Source: Mayamaea pseudoterrestris (lineage: Eukaryota). Taken from it: 64,000 nt of DNA. The stretch spans positions 434,001 to 498,000 of the forward strand of contig BROI01000012.1 of NCBI GenBank assembly GCA_027923505.1, written 5' to 3'. A model generated the notes under the pieces. That model had not been told where the DNA came from. It ran no database searches and saw nothing but the letters and a program-made list of their open reading frames with translations. This document shows positions 1 through 11,104 of the stretch, piece after piece (position 1 is the stretch's first letter; each line of letters opens with the position of its first letter). The position numbers and the translations under genes are program-made.

Positions 1-762
1 CGTCTACTAGGAGTCGGCCTTTGACCTTGTGGTGCAGCTTTCAGTTGAAAACAGATGAAATTTCATACGAACGGTGCGATCGTTTTTGTCGCTCCAAATT
101 GGACAAATTTATATGCATTAAAATTCAATATCACAATGGCGCAACTCTTGGGCGAGCTAGGGCTACTGGCCGCCAATGAATGGCTGGACAACGTCGTATA
201 CAATGAGTCGGGCAGATTGCTCTGCGCAGTCAGCTTTGGTTCCACTGATGTATATTATATTCACGCGCTTAGAACAACAGACCTACCATTTAGCTTTTCC
301 GACACGTTCGAACGGACGAGGCTGCTCAATGGATCACACGCTCGTAATCCAAAAATGCTTAAAGAACAATCCTTCAACATTTTTACCGGTAGTCGCCTGG
401 TATCGATGCATTTTAAAGGAGCCGTAGCGACAGGGGCATTGCATTGCACTGCGTCAATGTCCAAAAACCCCATTGTTTGGAGTGGAAGAACCACAGACAT
501 CGGAAGTTGTGTTCATCCTTTTGTGCTACGTATTGCAAGCGTGGTCAAAAATGCATGAACGAAAAGGCTGACCGACTTGTTGCTCGGCACCCGATTGGCC
601 CACCTGCCCTTCCATGATACGCTAGGACTACCGGTTGTGCTAACTAGTAGAGCCTACAAGTTACTCTTACACTCATTTTTGATTATTTTTGATGCATCGT
701 GTGCTATTTTAATTATTCACTTTTGTATATTTGTCATCGATTCGGGCGAGACATTAATTATT

Positions 763-2717
763 TTATTTTTCAGCCTGTGACGTGCGTTTGCGTCCTCGGC
801 ATCCGCGACGAGTTCGCTTTGGAACCTTTGCAATGGTCGCGTCTGTAGATGGGATGGTGTCCTCATTTACGTTGGACAATGGGACAGCGCTGCACGATGC
901 CAGACTTGAGACAGCCTTGGCAAGTGATGAGCATGGCTTTTGATCCTCTACTGCCAATCTTGTTGGTAGCACCGCTGCCTTGGCGCATGGCAAGGATGCT
1001 CGTTGGAGCGAAGACAGCGGCTTGCGTTCAACAAATGATGACTGGCGGGGCTCCGCCAATGTTGATGGTGGTGCGTCAACCAATTTCGATACTTCTTGTA
1101 TAAGCGGGGCTAATTCATCAGCCTGCAAGCGGGGCAGATGAGCGGCTGGCTGGCATATTCCAATGACAATGCGGAGTGCATGCCCTTCCTGCTGGGTTGT
1201 ATTCTTGCGTCTGCGCCGGCGGCGCTTTTTGGTAATTCCGAAAATGTCAATTGACGAGTCGCTTTCGTCGTCGTCATTCGTCGCAGGCTCGACCGACAAT
1301 GGCTCGGGCACTGAGGCAGTCAAGTCAGTCTTGACCGATGCCTTTGCTTCTTCCACAACCAATGCACCAAAGTGCTCAAAAGATACAGGTTCGTGCACGA
1401 CTCCCTTTGCAATCAACTTCAACTTGTTCACAAGGATGGCTGCAATTTTGTCCTTAATCTCAGCCAACTGAAGCGATGATAGACTCTGCGGTTTGACGCG
1501 GTAGGGTCGCTTGAGTTTGGTCATCCAAAGCTTGGGATCGGCCACTGGCATGTGGCTCGGCTCCTCGATTGCGGTGGTCGGAGACAGTTCATTGGTAACT
1601 GGCACGTCGTTCAACTTTTCATCAAAGATTGCCTCCGCTGGATTCATAGGCATGTCGCTCAGCTGCTCGGCTGCGGATGCCGGAGATAAAGTCTGCAAGG
1701 GTTCGTCGGCAACTGCCATGTCACTCGACTCGTCGTCGATCAGTGCATTGCCAAAATCCGTAGGTAACAAAAGCAAGGGCTTGTCGGGAGAATCGTTATG
1801 TGTTTCCGCACCAACAACGCTTGTTTGCTCATCGACTGCAGTGCTCCATGGATCCATGGTCAGCAGCAGCAACGGCTCGCATGTAGAAAAATTGCCTGAT
1901 TTCTTGCTAGACGAGGATGTTTTTTCAACAATTTGATTCCATGGCGCATTGGCCAGAAGCAGCAACGGCTTGGTGACTGGAACGGTGATAACTTCCTCCA
2001 CGGAAGGCTCGGATTGCTCAACAAGTTCCGCACTCGTCGGTTGCTGGGTCAAAAGCAGCAACGGTGTTGCGCAAGGTATTTCAGTTGGTTCCTCAACGGC
2101 CGGCGTAGCTTGCTCATCAGCCACCGCATTCGCTGGCTCCATGGTCAGAAGTAGCATTGGCTGGCCCACTGGCTTGCTGATTGTTTCGTCCATTTCGGTG
2201 ATTGTCGCTTCCATTGTTTGTTCGTTAGTGGAAGTCTCGTGAATCAATTGATAATCGAGTCGCCGAGGTTGCAATCGTTGGCACCCCGGCACATTATGCT
2301 TGACCAAAACTTCGCAATCGTTGACGAATGTTGTTGGCTGGCATAGACTCGGTTCACGGACAAGTTTGTTCGAATAAATGGCGGTTAAAAGGATGAAATT
2401 GGCTTTGCAGCGCTTCTCGTCGTACTTGTAGTCGACATGATGAAGACGCCGGCGCTCTTGACGCTCCCTGTAGAGCAGATAATCATGGATCCAGTCACTG
2501 ATCGGACGGACAAGCTCATTATAGACCCGACGCAGGAACATCAAAAGCGCGAGAGTGAGCATGACGAGCATGCAAAACATTTGAAGCGGCTCGTTTGACT
2601 GCGTTTCGACGTGCTTCGTGAGCAAGTCGCAGCCTTTGTCGTCGTTGTTGGCAGCTGCACGAAAGGAATCGGTATTGTCGTAAATGGTAGTACTTGTAGC
2701 ATTCATGAAGGAGGAAT

Positions 2718-2753
<36 letters not shown>

Positions 2754-2955
2754 GAAGCTCGGCCGTCGAGTTCTTGACTGGCGCAAAAGTCTTCCACGCT
2801 CCCGTTGTCGCTGTGTCGAGCGTCAAACCTTGGATCGTCGTCGTGGTCGTCGCCGCCGCCGCCGTTGAAAGGGCGGCAAGGATGACGTAAATGACGACGA
2901 GGAGGGTCTTGAGGAAGGAGAGCGTCATGGTCAATGGTAGTAGGTATAATACCAA
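763..2955 (-). CDS. Hypothetical membrane protein: N-terminal hydrophobic leader, poly-Ala, one TM helix, about five 'PLLLL' repeats, basic patches
   Basis: 730-aa ORF. Hydrophobic N-terminus; TM-like LQMFCMLVMLTLALLMFL; recurring P(M/L)LLLT blocks; KKRRRRRRK and KRTRRGCRGRKR. No recognised family. Confidence 0.6.
2718..2750 (+). repeat. (CAG)11 microsatellite encoding poly-Ala on the minus-strand ORF
   Basis: Perfect cag run visible at 2718-2750. Confidence 0.9.
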
Positions 2956-4077
2956 GCTATGATAATGGCAGCAAAGTGGTCTCGTTCCTGGAATTGTGAT
3001 TGCAATTTGGAGAAACGGCAGCGTTGCCTACGGTTGATCGACCGGTTTGTCCGTTTCTTGCGGTTCAGTCACGCCGCATCGCTGAAACTCGACTCGCTCA
3101 CCGTAAAGGTGCGAAGGAAATTGATTGAATGTATCGTTACATGATATTAATAAATGCTACTACATTTTTTAGCGCTGTTTCATGGATCAAGTAATGTATG
3201 GCGCTCGCGAGGAAGACGTGGATTATTGGATGTCCTCATGGCCGAGCGACCGACCAGCCATCAAAACGTCAAACATCGGACCGGTACTGATCACGTTTTG
3301 GCGATTCGTCGCACACGCTAGTGACATGCACGACAGACCACGAACCTCACCTTGCATGTACAGCGATGGCGGCTCATGCACAAACGCACCAAGTAGTTTA
3401 ACCGTATTGCTATGAAAGCAATTTAGGTGACGGAGCGGGATATGATTTGTCTATGTCCCTGCCGATCAGTTTACCTACCTATCAGTAGCAGTCGTCATCA
3501 GTCGAGTGAGACGTCCAGTTTATGCTCAAATTGTTGCTTGACCCGGTGTTTCGACAACGTTCCAGCAGAAATCGATCGTTTCATCTATTTTGATCGTCGT
3601 TATTGGCGTGCTCCATTGGCGGAATACATACTTGTTGAATACTGCCAAATTTGGATGGAGGAAGGGTGCGTCCGCGTGTTGTCACCATTTGTATGGCATT
3701 TGCATCAAATCGAATGATCATTTCTGTGTCATTCCTTCAAAACGCTACTCGACAGTGACCGTCCGGCTCGTTTGTAGATGGGTGGTGGGTGGACCAGTAA
3801 ATGACAATCATTCGTCCTTCCAGCTTCCTGCCACTTTCAAGCCCCATAGGTAGGATAGGACCAGTTCAAACAATAATGACTACTTGTATATCAAGGTTCA
3901 ACTGGTGCAACCGTGCGTCGTTGTCACCATCGTTGGCCGCGCTGTCGCAAGTGTTCTAAAATGGATCGCCAAATCGTTGATGCATTCGCACCGGCACTCG
4001 CACCTCAATTACGCCGACTCGCAACACTGCATGTCAAATCCACAGGGACAGCTGAACAACGAGATCGACATAGATCA

Positions 4078-5394
4078 ATGATGACAAAAACGGCAGCTGG
4101 CATCATCTTCACCATTTTAACAACGAGATTGCTAAACGCACTGGATAATGGACTGGCGCTGACTCCTCCAATGGGATGGTTAAGCTGGGAGAGATTCGGA
4201 TGCAACATTGACTGCGAAACGAACCCAGACACATGCATCTCCGAAAGTCTATATCTGACCCAAGCGCAGCTAATGGTGGATAAAGGTTATCGAGATGCTG
4301 GATATCGATACGTCAACATTGACGACTGTTGGAGCGAGAAGGAGCGAGATGAAAATGGCGACATTGTAGCTGATCTATTTCGCTTTCCAAATGGAATTCG
4401 TTCGCTCGCGCGCAACATTCATTCAATGAACCTTTTGCTTGGACTGTACGGAGATATTGGAAGTAAAACCTGCGCCGGCTATCCTGGATTCGAAGGAAAT
4501 TATGTGCGTGATGCAAAGATGCTTGCGCAGCTTGAAATCGACTTTATCAAAGTGGATGGATGCAACGCCGATCCATCACACTTCAACCATACCTATCCCG
4601 AGTTTGGTCGGGCGCTCAATCAAACAGGACGGCAGATTCTGTACAATTGTCAATGGCCACTGTATGATGACGCCTCACATCACGGCGAAGATCCTGATAT
4701 ACTCAATAATCAGGTTGGCGCTACCTGCAATCAGTGGAGGAATTACTACGACATTTTCGACGACTGGACCAGCGTGCGTGCAACGATTGACTATTGGTCA
4801 CGATCATCACACAACGACATTATGGTACGAGCCGGTGGCCCGGGCCATTGGAATGATCCTGACATGCTTGTCGTAGGAAATCCTGGACTGTCACTCTCTG
4901 AGCAACAAGCGCAATTTGCACTTTGGGCAATCTTTGCTGCTCCACTCCTTATATCAGTCGACTTGCGCCACATTTCAAACGAAAGTGCTGCCATTCTACG
5001 AAACAGGGAGGTGATCGCTATCAACCAGGATCCATTGGGTCATCAAGGTTACTGCGCTCACGGTGCCAGCACTAATATTCGAGTTTACATTCGTGAATTG
5101 CTACCTTCAAACGGGGTGCCATGTGCAAGAGGTGCCTCGGACAGTTGGGCCGTTGTTATGGCAAACTTTGGGAGCATATTCCACGAAAGGGAGATTGTCT
5201 TCGATCCAAAGTTACATCTACCGAGTGGGAACAGCTGTATGTTGTTTCAAGCGAGAGACGTCATTCTTCACAAAGACATTGGAGGCCCATTGGAAAACCT
5301 CGCCATACAAGTTGATGAGTCTTCGATATCCATGTACAAAGTTGTCTGTTCATCCTTAACAAGCTTGAATGAATTGAACATGACGCTAGCATAG
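4078..5394 (+). CDS. Secreted alpha-galactosidase / alpha-N-acetylgalactosaminidase (GH27)
   Basis: Signal peptide followed by LDNGLALTPPMGWLSWE, YVNIDDCW, FIKVDGC, WNDPDML and QFALWAIFAAPL. The ATG at 4078 is preferred over the ORF-track GTG at 3913. Confidence 0.93.
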   Translation: MMTKTAAGIIFTILTTRLLNALDNGLALTPPMGWLSWERFGCNIDCETNPDTCISESLYLTQAQLMVDKGYRDAGYRYVNIDDCWSEKERDENGDIVADLFRFPNGIRSLARNIHSMNLLLGLYGDIGSKTCAGYPGFEGNYVRDAKMLAQLEIDFIKVDGCNADPSHFNHTYPEFGRALNQTGRQILYNCQWPLYDDASHHGEDPDILNNQVGATCNQWRNYYDIFDDWTSVRATIDYWSRSSHNDIMVRAGGPGHWNDPDMLVVGNPGLSLSEQQAQFALWAIFAAPLLISVDLRHISNESAAILRNREVIAINQDPLGHQGYCAHGASTNIRVYIRELLPSNGVPCARGASDSWAVVMANFGSIFHEREIVFDPKLHLPSGNSCMLFQARDVILHKDIGGPLENLAIQVDESSISMYKVVCSSLTSLNELNMTLA

Positions 5395-5594
5395 ATGTCA
5401 AGCTACATTACTACTTGTACTAACGTCAACATAGGCTCGTCCGCGGTCGATTTGGTCATTGCCAGTCGCACAGAACTCTTAGCGGTACTCAACTTGAAAC
5501 GGATCTTAGCCGAACACACTCTTCGAAAGCATCATACTCACTCGAGCATCATCGAATCATCACGCAAAGCATTTAAATTGCAACGAAAATAGTC

Positions 5595-6251
5595 ATGATG
5601 GCATTATGTCAATTGATAGCTTTGATTGGATATCTTTGTCTCCAACAATGCGTGGCATTTGTCATTACATCCACTGTTCAGCAGCACGGAACAACCTCGA
5701 CGCGTCTATACGCACGGCCTCCAGAGCTATTGGCTTCTTCATCTTTACTGCCTGAAAAGTATCTTATCCCGGAATATTCTTTTGCTGCTCATTCCAACAT
5801 ACATGAGACATCTTCGCTGTTGCTCTCACTGGATCTCGTTGAAGTATCAAAGACGGTTGGTTTGGTAATTGTTGGCGTCGGAATCTTTTTTACGCTGCTC
5901 ACTTACGTTACCGTCAATGTACTCATGCCGGCCGCTGCCAAACAAGTAGAAGAATTGACTAAGGAAAATGATCCGGAGCTTTGGAATGAATACATGCGCA
6001 AGCTTGGTCCTGGTGAAACAATGGCGACTCGACCCGATCTTGTACAGGAACTTGGACAGAAAATGGTCCAGCTGCAGAGTCAGCAATTGCAACGAGCCGA
6101 GGAGCGAGCCAAGGCGAGTGAACGTGGCGAGCCGGAAGTTCTAGTAGACAATGATGGTTCCAAAATGACGACGCGTTCGTCATCGAAGGTTTCCTCGAAC
6201 AACCAACCGTTGGATGTGGAAATCGTTGATCGAAACCAATGGGATGACTAG
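5595..6251 (+). CDS. Hypothetical plastid-targeted single-TM protein
   Basis: Signal peptide ending CVA-FV (ASAFAP-like), Ser/Thr-rich transit region, one TM helix, acidic tail. Confidence 0.7.
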   Translation: MMALCQLIALIGYLCLQQCVAFVITSTVQQHGTTSTRLYARPPELLASSSLLPEKYLIPEYSFAAHSNIHETSSLLLSLDLVEVSKTVGLVIVGVGIFFTLLTYVTVNVLMPAAAKQVEELTKENDPELWNEYMRKLGPGETMATRPDLVQELGQKMVQLQSQQLQRAEERAKASERGEPEVLVDNDGSKMTTRSSSKVSSNNQPLDVEIVDRNQWDD

Positions 6252-6530
6252 ACGATAAAGTCGAACCAGTGAATGGAAGCTGCGTTTACTAGTAGTGGAA
6301 ACTCGGAATTCCGGCGCCCTCTAGTTAAATTACTCGCGTGCTCGTCGTAGAATTTAATAAAGAAGCCTTGAGACTGCATCTTGAGTTTCTATAATCTACG
6401 GTATCGCTTTCATGAGCTGCGCTCCTCTCAAACTAAGTTTTGTAACGTCAAAACTCTGTGAGACTATATAGCAAGCTCCAAAGTATGCCCTGCTGGTTTA
6501 TAACTTTAAGTTGCATCGTATGCAAAGTTT

Positions 6531-8192
6531 CTACCCGATCGTAAACGACTCGCCCTTCTCCTTGGTTCCAGCCACAATCACTCGCCCAGCCGCCACTTGA
6601 CAATCATTCAGGTTGCAATTCTCCCCAATCTGACAATCTGCACCAAGTACAGAGTTTTGCAATATCGAGTTCTCGCCAATTACAACATTGTCCAAAACGA
6701 TAACATTATTGACACGGCACTTGTCGGCAATTCTACAGTTTGCACCAATGACCGAGCCTTTCAGATTGACCTTGGCTCCCATGGTTGCTCCGGGAAGAAA
6801 TATGGTGGAAAACTTGGCATTGACTGTAGATCCATCGGGAAGGCGCGAATGAGGCGACAATGTAGTCGAAGAAGCCGTTGCATTCTCGGAAGATAACACT
6901 ATCGCTTGATGAATAACTTTTTTGGTCGCATGCAAGTAGGCAGGGATTGAATGGACACGTTCCACCGCATTTTGCACAACGGCAAGCACCAGGTACTCGT
7001 TGTTGCTACTTTCAAATCCGTTGCTCTTGTTGTCGTGAGCATTCGCAGGACTCGTTGCTGCAAACGCTCCTCGCACTCGTTCATTTATCGCACCACTTGC
7101 ATCCTCCAACATGGATTCCTCGACAATCTTGGCATCGACAGCTGATCCGAATGTTGCTCGCACTCCCCGAAATTGTCTTGCCACGAGCAAGGGCAGTAAA
7201 TCGCTTTGCAGCGATACCAAGGAAGATCGTTCCTGAACTAAGCGTCGTACCCAGGGACTCAACGCGTACACATGAACATCGCTCCAATCGGTTCGAACGC
7301 TCGTCTTCGAGGCACCCTGTAGTCTCAACTTTGGTAGATTGAGTTTTGGCGTGGCGCTCGTCATGTCATTGTCTTGCTCCACCTCAAGTTTGGGTTGCTT
7401 CCAAACGACGCGTAATGCGTCGGAACCGGACGACGAAGATTGCGACAAGGCAATGTACTCGATTTCGTCTTCATCGCGCGCCAAATTTCCCTTCTTCTGC
7501 TTTGCTGATTCCTTGAGTGGTAAACCATGCTCATCCACTTGTGCAACGTCACTGAGTAGCATGACGCATGCAACCCTACCGCTGCTACTGGGAGCTGACG
7601 CGGCATCATCATCATTCTCAGCAAAACTATTGTTACGTCCGAGCTGCGCAAGCTTGGAAAGTCCATTTGACTGCAGAACGACAGCATCCGCCGGCAAAAC
7701 AACAATTTGGCTTCTTGGCGAAACCACCTTGGCACGCTCCAAGCAAGCCAGCGCCTTGGCCGATCCAAGACACTCTTCCTCGAGGGAATATACAATTATA
7801 CGGAGTGCAACTTGCGCAGACGATGATGACTTCTGCAACAAGAGTGAAACATGTAGTTGCTGTGACGAACTGCTATCATGTTTGCTATCGCATCTCGTCA
7901 TGGTAGAAAGTTCCCCTCCGCCGCCTTGCTGCTGCAGCAATGCCGGTATCGTAACTTTATCATCCGGCGCAATGACGATTACGCATTCTACAAAGCCTGC
8001 AGTCTGTATTTGATGCAAGAGTCGTTTTATGATTGAAACGCCCGCAACTGGAAGCAAATGTTTCGGCAATTCTGGCGACACCATGGGAAAGAGACGAGTT
8101 CCGACGGTCGCGGCGAGAATAACTGCGACTGAATCGGATTTGAAGGGATAGTGATTGTCATTCCTATGATTGCTGCTGTCTATCATAGTCAT
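6531..8192 (-). CDS. EIF2B3: Translation initiation factor eIF2B gamma subunit
   Basis: N-terminal nucleotidyltransferase-like AVILAA..GTRLFP...LPKHLLPVAG; DVHVY motif; C-terminal hexapeptide left-handed beta-helix (SVIGANCRIA, SVLGADCQIGENCNL). Confidence 0.85.
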   Translation of the reverse strand: MTMIDSSNHRNDNHYPFKSDSVAVILAATVGTRLFPMVSPELPKHLLPVAGVSIIKRLLHQIQTAGFVECVIVIAPDDKVTIPALLQQQGGGGELSTMTRCDSKHDSSSSQQLHVSLLLQKSSSSAQVALRIIVYSLEEECLGSAKALACLERAKVVSPRSQIVVLPADAVVLQSNGLSKLAQLGRNNSFAENDDDAASAPSSSGRVACVMLLSDVAQVDEHGLPLKESAKQKKGNLARDEDEIEYIALSQSSSSGSDALRVVWKQPKLEVEQDNDMTSATPKLNLPKLRLQGASKTSVRTDWSDVHVYALSPWVRRLVQERSSLVSLQSDLLPLLVARQFRGVRATFGSAVDAKIVEESMLEDASGAINERVRGAFAATSPANAHDNKSNGFESSNNEYLVLAVVQNAVERVHSIPAYLHATKKVIHQAIVLSSENATASSTTLSPHSRLPDGSTVNAKFSTIFLPGATMGAKVNLKGSVIGANCRIADKCRVNNVIVLDNVVIGENSILQNSVLGADCQIGENCNLNDCQVAAGRVIVAGTKEKGESFTIG

Positions 8193-8469
8193 GGTGGCAA
8201 GTTTAGGCTGATGAAAGATTAAAGAGGCGCCAAAGACTCATTCATGTAATATCATCATGGTCGCTTGTTGAGAGGCGTGTGCGGTCGACGAAACGTTTCA
8301 GAATGTCGCAGCGTCAACCATTTCTACCACTGCGACTCGTCGGCATTGCCGCGAATCGTTCCTGCGCAATCCATGATCTACATACGTAGCTACCAGTAGC
8401 TGCAGCAAAAGTCGCAAAGTAGTTCTACCAGTAGCCATACGAAAGGCGCTTACGCATCTGTGCTGTCTT

Positions 8470-9669
8470 TTACATAACCATGGCGAGACTACCCATCATC
8501 ATCGCCATGAGCATTCCCACTTCACTTGCAGCAGCATCCGACGTTGACGTTTCGTCGACGACATTATTCACATTAGGTGCATTTGAATGATCGGCAATCC
8601 GGGCCATCATTTCGCTTGGGTTTGGAATGGGAACGTATCCAGTCGTTGACACAATATCGGATCCATCCGGCGAGTAACCGAAGTAAACAAAGGGCGCTGT
8701 ATTCGCCAGGGATTTGGCATCATTCAACAAGTTCATGTACAAGCGACGCGACAATGGATTATAAGTGCCGTCAGCAACAGAATCAGCTCCTGGTGTCACA
8801 AAGACGCCATCAGAGTTTTGAATGGCGGCAGCGTAAAGCTCGATGCCGTGTGAATAATAATAGGAATATCCAAAAAAGGCGACTGCTGCTGAATCATTTT
8901 CAATGAGAGCAATATTAACTTCAGGATCGTCATTTCCGGTATAGTTGCGCGCCAAATCAAAGGTTTCGCCATTGTCCGCATCCAACAAAACCGTTTCCAC
9001 GAAGTAGTCGAATGTTCCGGATGTATTGGATGGACCAGCAATCGTGATCGCCACCTCATCGCAGGAAGCATCCAATTCAGACCAGAGTCGAGTCGAGTCA
9101 TCCCCATCACTATTCGCGACGCTATTTGCATTCCAGCCAGTTTCTGCCAGTTGCGCCTCCGTGTAGCTGCTGAATATCCATCGCAGTTGATCCATGGTCA
9201 AGCCCTTTAAGGTTTCCATGCACGTGGCAGCTGATCCTCCGCCTGTTGACACAACAGAGATTCCATCAAGTGCAACATCAATCTGAATAGCAGAGCGAGT
9301 GTTGTCGCCAATCAAGCAGTCATATTCGTACGTGTCATCGTTGGTTGTGGTAGTTGCTTCCGTAGCGTCCCAATCGCGACTCATGTCTCCAATTTCGACA
9401 ATGGCGGATGTATTGCCATCGACATTACCACAAAATCGATTGGCTCCCTCCGTCGATCCTCCTCCTTCAACTGTTATTTCGAGATTAGGGCAGGCGGAAA
9501 TGTATGCATCGCGCCAAGCAATTGCAATCGGCAAGACGGAAGCGGATCCGGCAATGCTGAACCCTGATGATCCACACATGCTGTTTTGTGCGTCAGCAAC
9601 ATGGAGACTGAGAAGCGCCAGAGTGAATACTGAGATTAGGAGACGAGAAGGCATGACGGTGCTGGTCAT
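8470..9669 (-). CDS. PstS-like phosphate-binding protein, secreted and possibly GPI-anchored
   Basis: IAGSASVLP, GGGSTEG, IGDMSR, VALDGISVV, SGTFDYF, FFGYSY and YNPLSRRLY match the PstS/PBP pattern. Signal peptide from the ATG at 9669; hydrophobic C-terminus. Confidence 0.85.
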   Translation of the reverse strand: MTSTVMPSRLLISVFTLALLSLHVADAQNSMCGSSGFSIAGSASVLPIAIAWRDAYISACPNLEITVEGGGSTEGANRFCGNVDGNTSAIVEIGDMSRDWDATEATTTTNDDTYEYDCLIGDNTRSAIQIDVALDGISVVSTGGGSAATCMETLKGLTMDQLRWIFSSYTEAQLAETGWNANSVANSDGDDSTRLWSELDASCDEVAITIAGPSNTSGTFDYFVETVLLDADNGETFDLARNYTGNDDPEVNIALIENDSAAVAFFGYSYYYSHGIELYAAAIQNSDGVFVTPGADSVADGTYNPLSRRLYMNLLNDAKSLANTAPFVYFGYSPDGSDIVSTTGYVPIPNPSEMMARIADHSNAPNVNNVVDETSTSDAAASEVGMLMAMMMGSLAMVM

Positions 9670-9981
9670 GGCGTTATTGGGTTGTCGATTGCCGAAAAAG
9701 TGATGGCCGAGAGGCGAGAGGTGAGTGGAGTTGACGCGCAAGACGTTTTTAAAATTGCGAAGCATGATTAAAATGACCGACAAGTTCGTCACCACCCGAA
9801 TGAAAAGAGTCACAGTGCCTTACCTCGCTATTGCCCTTCAAAATATCGGAGTAAATTGGGATGACCCGGCAAGCTCGCTTGCGCTACCGCTACGACAGAT
9901 AGTTTCGTCGAGCGGCAAGTCGACGCCTTCCATTTTCCATCTTCCATCGTCCATGTTGAGTCGCTGAATTATCATCTCAGT

Positions 9982-10584
9982 ATGTCAACGTCACCTGACA
10001 ATACCAGCAGAAATAAGAGCAGTAGCAGTTCATTTGAAAATGCTTCGACAACAGAGACGCTAGCGCCGACATGGACCGATCATTTGCCGCAAGCTTTCGG
10101 GATTCGTGAAGCGACGCAGCAATCCAAATATCGATGGTGTTTTCGGGAGTCGGGACTTTGGGGCATAACATCGGCGACTGCCATGGCTTTGCATCGATTT
10201 CGCATGGGTAGTAATGCGAGAGTTGCGACGCATGCCGGATTTGGAACTCTCTTTCTAGTGTACACTGGGTCCTATTACTTTTGCTGCAAGCGGCGAGACC
10301 ACCAGGAGAAAATGATTGAAACAATGATGCGACTGAACGAGTTCCAGCATGCAGCCTATTTGCCGGAAACAATTCCAGTCGATGAGAAGCACCCATTTGC
10401 TGTGCCTGGAAGCGACAGTGGAGAGAGTGCTACTGTATCAACAAAGCCCAAGCAATATGTGGCTCACTTGCCAGAGCGAAAGGAATGGCAGTCACCATTG
10501 CCGCTGCAAGATGCTGGTCAAGTCTTTCGACCAGTTATGGAGGATGAAGAGGATGTTACATTAAATGGGAACAGGAAGCGGTAG
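9982..10584 (+). CDS. COX20/FAM36A-like cytochrome c oxidase assembly protein
   Basis: CFRESGLWGI, two hydrophobic segments, then YYFCCKRR; resembles the COX20 pattern (C-R-s-l-gi ... w-C). Confidence 0.55.
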   Translation: MSTSPDNTSRNKSSSSSFENASTTETLAPTWTDHLPQAFGIREATQQSKYRWCFRESGLWGITSATAMALHRFRMGSNARVATHAGFGTLFLVYTGSYYFCCKRRDHQEKMIETMMRLNEFQHAAYLPETIPVDEKHPFAVPGSDSGESATVSTKPKQYVAHLPERKEWQSPLPLQDAGQVFRPVMEDEEDVTLNGNRKR

Positions 10585-11104
10585 TGCTGTGGGCACCTGT
10601 ACAGTGCTTTGTCGCTTGCTCGAATTTGCACAGTCTGGATCGTGGTCAACCGTAAACGTAAACGTCATAGAGAATAGATGTTTATCAATAGCTTTTATTG
10701 CTCTACAGGTCAATGACATGTGTTCACGAATAGGAAGGACTATTAAACGACATGATGTAGTTTGTTTGCATCCCCCTGAATTTCCATTGACGTTCATATC
10801 GAAGATTGTGCGTTTCTTTTCCCGATCTTTGATTTTATACTTGTCGTTCCATGACTTGTTAGTGGCCATGGCCGCTGATGCGTTGCTCTTACAGCAACTC
10901 TTGGTCAGGTCTACAATTGAAGCGAGGATGAACTACCGGTAGCTGTGGCGCAACTCGAAATTGTGCGTGATCTTGCACGTTATCAAGTCTGACCGCCCGG
11001 CTTGCATTTGTGTCGCACCGAAACCGCCTTTTTTGCATTCGCGACGAATTCATCGCCTCTCGTCGAGATGCTTCGTATGCATCCTTTCACGAGCATGGAC
11101 TCCC

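Noticed and set aside
55..558. 167-aa ORF at the window start
   Set aside because: No recognisable motifs; it may be a terminal exon of an upstream gene but cannot be supported.
7339..8013. Long antisense ORFs (also 33031-33759, 62591-63253 and others)
   Set aside because: Shadow frames of real genes on the opposite strand.
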